Both the position numbers and the translations under genes were made by a program. A stretch of DNA of 52,805 nt, the filler included, from Bipalium vagum (lineage: Eukaryota), in the NCBI GenBank assembly GCA_037834085.1. It is 3 parts of 3 records of this genome, joined end to end, with 100 filler letters (N's around TTAATTAATTAA, not from the genome) between each part and the next. Parts side by side here need not be neighbours in the genome. Positions count along the whole stretch, not along the records: positions 33,593 to 52,805 come from JBBMKC010007294.1; 2 more parts are not named here. One strand, written 5' to 3'. The notes beneath the pieces were generated by a model. The model was not told where the DNA came from. It saw nothing but the letters and a program-made list of their open reading frames with translations, and ran no database searches. Below, one piece after another: positions 50,041 through 52,805 of this stretch (position 1 is the stretch's first letter; every line of letters starts with the position of its first letter).

Positions 50041-52425
50041 CATATACTCCAATAATTATCCGTACTATAATAATATAAATAAAAAAATAACAATTTCACT
50101 AAAGAATGAAAACATTTTTTATAAAAGTCTACTGTTTCCAAGTATAATAGCTATCCTAGATATATAAAATAAGAATAAGAATTGTAGACATAAATTATTT
50201 TTGATTGTTCGAAAATGAGTAATACAAAAATTAACCATACGAATTCATTTATTATAAGCTTACAAAATAATAATTAATTGGACCACCTCTATTCTTGATG
50301 ATCATTTTACATCTCATATTCAGCGAAGTAACCAATTTTTTGCAGAAATCTGGGTTAATTTGTTGCCATTCTTCCAAGATATACTTTTTCAGCATGTCTT
50401 TTTCAGTAATTTCTCTCCCTTTGAGTTTTCTCTTCATAAAAGTTCACAAATTTTCAATTTGGTTCATGTCCGGTGATTGCCCAATCCATTTCAAGATATT
50501 TACACCGGATTGATTAAGCCAATGTGTAATAATTTTGGCCGCATGTTTTGGGTCTCAGTCATGCTGGAATTTGAAGTCAGTCTCAAGACCAAGGCGTTGC
50601 ACAGATTCCAACAAATTTTTTTCTAAAATTTTCAAATAATTTTCCTTATGCATTATTCCATCTATGAAGACTAAATTTCCAACACCCAAAATCGTTAAAC
50701 ATCCCCAGACCATAACCGACCCTTTACCATGCTTAACTGTCGATTGAAGACATTCTAATTTCATTTCTTTTCCGGGTTTTCACCAAACAGTAACCCTTCC
50801 TTCTGACCCAAATACTTTAAATTTACACTCGTCTGACCAAAGAACTTTATTCCAATCGGTTGAAGAGTTTAACAGTTCTCTTACCCATGCAACTCGTGCT
50901 TTCTGATTCATCTTCAAAATTAAAGCTATCTTCCGTGTCATCCACCCATTAAAATAGTCACTTCTGAAACAAATGTAGAAAAATTTGTAAGAATACAAGA
51001 ATTTAAAAATTAACTAGTCTTACTTACATTAATAAAAAGTTTAATCAAAGATTTCTTTACTATTTAATATAAATACTGTAAAATCCCGAGTATAATCTGC
51101 AGCTAATAAGTACATAAAGGCAATATTTTTGAGTTGCAGCTAATATGATGTGCAGCTTATACAACTGAAAAACAATTCAAATCGAAGATAAGATTATTTA
51201 TTTCAATTTTCAACATCATACTCCTCAAAACCATCACACTTTTCATTGTCAGTAAAGGGAAATTTTCTAGTAATTCTACAATGTTTGGATCAGACTCGTT
51301 CACATTCATTTCATTTTCTTCAATTTCAATAACATCGTCGTCTTCACCGAATGCAATACGAAAACCATTCGAAATGGTTGAAAGGTTAACATCTTCCCAA
51401 GAGGAAACAATCCATTCGAAAATAGTATTTCAGTGAGCAGCTTTTAAACTTGGCCATCTGAAATTCCCAATCTTTCGGCAATTGTTGCTTCGTGGTAGGC
51501 TGTCGAACACAAATATTCTTGCGTTTCATAAAATTATCAGACCATTGAGAGCTCGCGACAAATCCTTCAATTTTCATCTCTTTGGTAATTACTTGTGCCT
51601 GTAAACGAATTCGAACAACCGATACTTGAAGTTTTCGTTCACGTTGAATTAAGATCCATTCGTGTAATTTCGTTTCCAATTCCTGATATCTAGCGTTAAA
51701 CCACGCAAAGATCTTCGATTTGGATTCATTGCTTTGATAACAGACTCTTGGGCGATCCATCGTCGAATAACAGTTTCATTAATATCATATCGTCTTGCAG
51801 CCTCCCGTATGTTTCATAACAGACGACATAATTCAATAATTTCTTTTTTCTTTGCTGAACTACAAGATCTTCGTTGTTTCTTTTGTTTTTGTTCAGAATC
51901 GTTATCCATTTTAATCAAGTATTCAAAACAGTGCAATAGGCAATGTAAACAATATATACGATTAAAACAAAATGGTTATTGTCGCGATGAAATTTTTTTT
52001 TAATGATAGGTTGCTGATTTTAAAATCATGTGTTTTCAACGTAAATGGTGCAGCTAATACGTGCTGCACTTTATACGACTAAAAAATACATTTTTATAAA
52101 ATGTCATCTGCAGCTAATACGCGCTGCAGCTTATACTCGGGATGTCACAGTATAATGTAAATTAAAAATGTAAAATGTAAAACAAATAATTAAAATTTAA
52201 GATCGTATGGATATTTATTGTGTATTAATATCAATAAAATAATTTTAATTACGATAATTTAAATATTTTCTTGATAACAATTCGACAAAAACATTTATAA
52301 ATAAACGCATTGAAAATTAATGTATTATTAACACCTAAAATTTATTTCATAGGTGTTGATTTTCCATACAGAAATTATCTTGAAAATATTTACATATCAT
52401 CATACGGATAATCATTGGAGTTATC
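50041..52425 (-). mobile_element. Tc1-family (DD34E) element nested in the mariner; transposase relic 50960-50265
   Basis: Reads DWNKVLWSDECKF...TVKHGKGSVMVWGC...FQHD*DPKH...QSPDMNQIENL...NRGGPINY. Left TIR TA|catatactccaataattatccgta matches the right end (reverse complement) TA|gataactccaatgattatccgta. Confidence 0.85.
51076..52150 (-). mobile_element. pogo-family element (Brinker-like DBD + CENP-B HTH), DDE domain deleted, nested in the Tc1
   Basis: 28-bp TIRs ctgtaaaatcccgagtataatctgcagc and ctgtgacatcccgagtataagctgcagc, both TA-flanked. The ORF relic 51909-51203 reads NIREAARRYDINETVIRRW...ELETKLHEWI...FVASSQWSDNFMKRK, then jumps to EWIVSSWEDV...NGF and an acidic tail. Confidence 0.92.
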
Positions 52426-52731
52426 TAAATTATTTTCGATTGATTTATAAAAAAAATATCATATAATTAATAATATCACGAGACAGCTGTTTAATATTCC
52501 TTGTTTAAATATTCATCCCAAATAAACGAAATTTGCAGGAATTAATTCTACATTACATTATTGCCAAGAAAACTATATCGTAAACGTACTGCTGGCTTCG
52601 AGATACCTATGGAGAACATGCTCCTTTGATGACCACATGTAAAGATTGGTTTCAATAAATAATTTAAATAAAATTTGTAATAAATGTCTTTGTTTCTTAT
52701 TAAAAAAAAGCAGGAGTCATAGTTGTACACC

Positions 52732-52732
<1 letters not shown>

Positions 52733-52805
<73 letters not shown>
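52733..52805. repeat. (AAT)n microsatellite running to the window end
   Basis: A perfect AAT run abutting the right mariner TIR. Confidence 0.95.

Larger units (their letters stand above)
49977..52734 (+). mobile_element. outer mariner (Mos1/mauritiana-like TIRs), internally deleted, hosting nested insertions
   Basis: Left end TA|atcggtgtaaaactatgactctggcttttt matches the right end (reverse complement) TA|ttaggtgtacaactatgactcctgcttttt. An N-terminal transposase relic PNKRNLQELILHYIIAKKT...TYGEHAPLMTTCKDWFQ lies at ~52517-52655. Confidence 0.75.

Noticed and set aside
52733-52805. Terminal (AAT)n as a telomere
   Set aside because: It is a common microsatellite that also occurs internally (44856, 49937), and the window edge is arbitrary.

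Overview
Very AT-rich eukaryotic scaffold window with two artificial 100-nt gaps. It is probably from a protostome invertebrate: the tropomyosin is 284 aa and bilaterian-type, and introns are spliceosomal and 42-59 nt. One host gene is complete: a divergent 9-exon tropomyosin at 28543-29783 (+). Facing away from it is the extracellular-domain part of a class B1 (secretin-family) GPCR at 25786-25436 (-), which appears frameshifted or truncated. Most of the rest is decayed mobile DNA. The most notable element is an endogenous Polinton/Maverick (adintovirus-like) virus relic at ~10.6-15.8 kb, with a protein-primed PolB converging on minor and major capsid remnants. Also present are a Chapaev3-like element inserted in a maT-like relic, a Gypsy RT, a Tc3-like element, a piggyBac-like end, many mariner relics and two tandem tRNA-Ala-derived copies. 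A three-layer nest (mariner > Tc1 > pogo) still shows all three TIR pairs. Several splice-bounded islands may be orphan genes. All calls come from manual translation and motif recognition; no searches were run.
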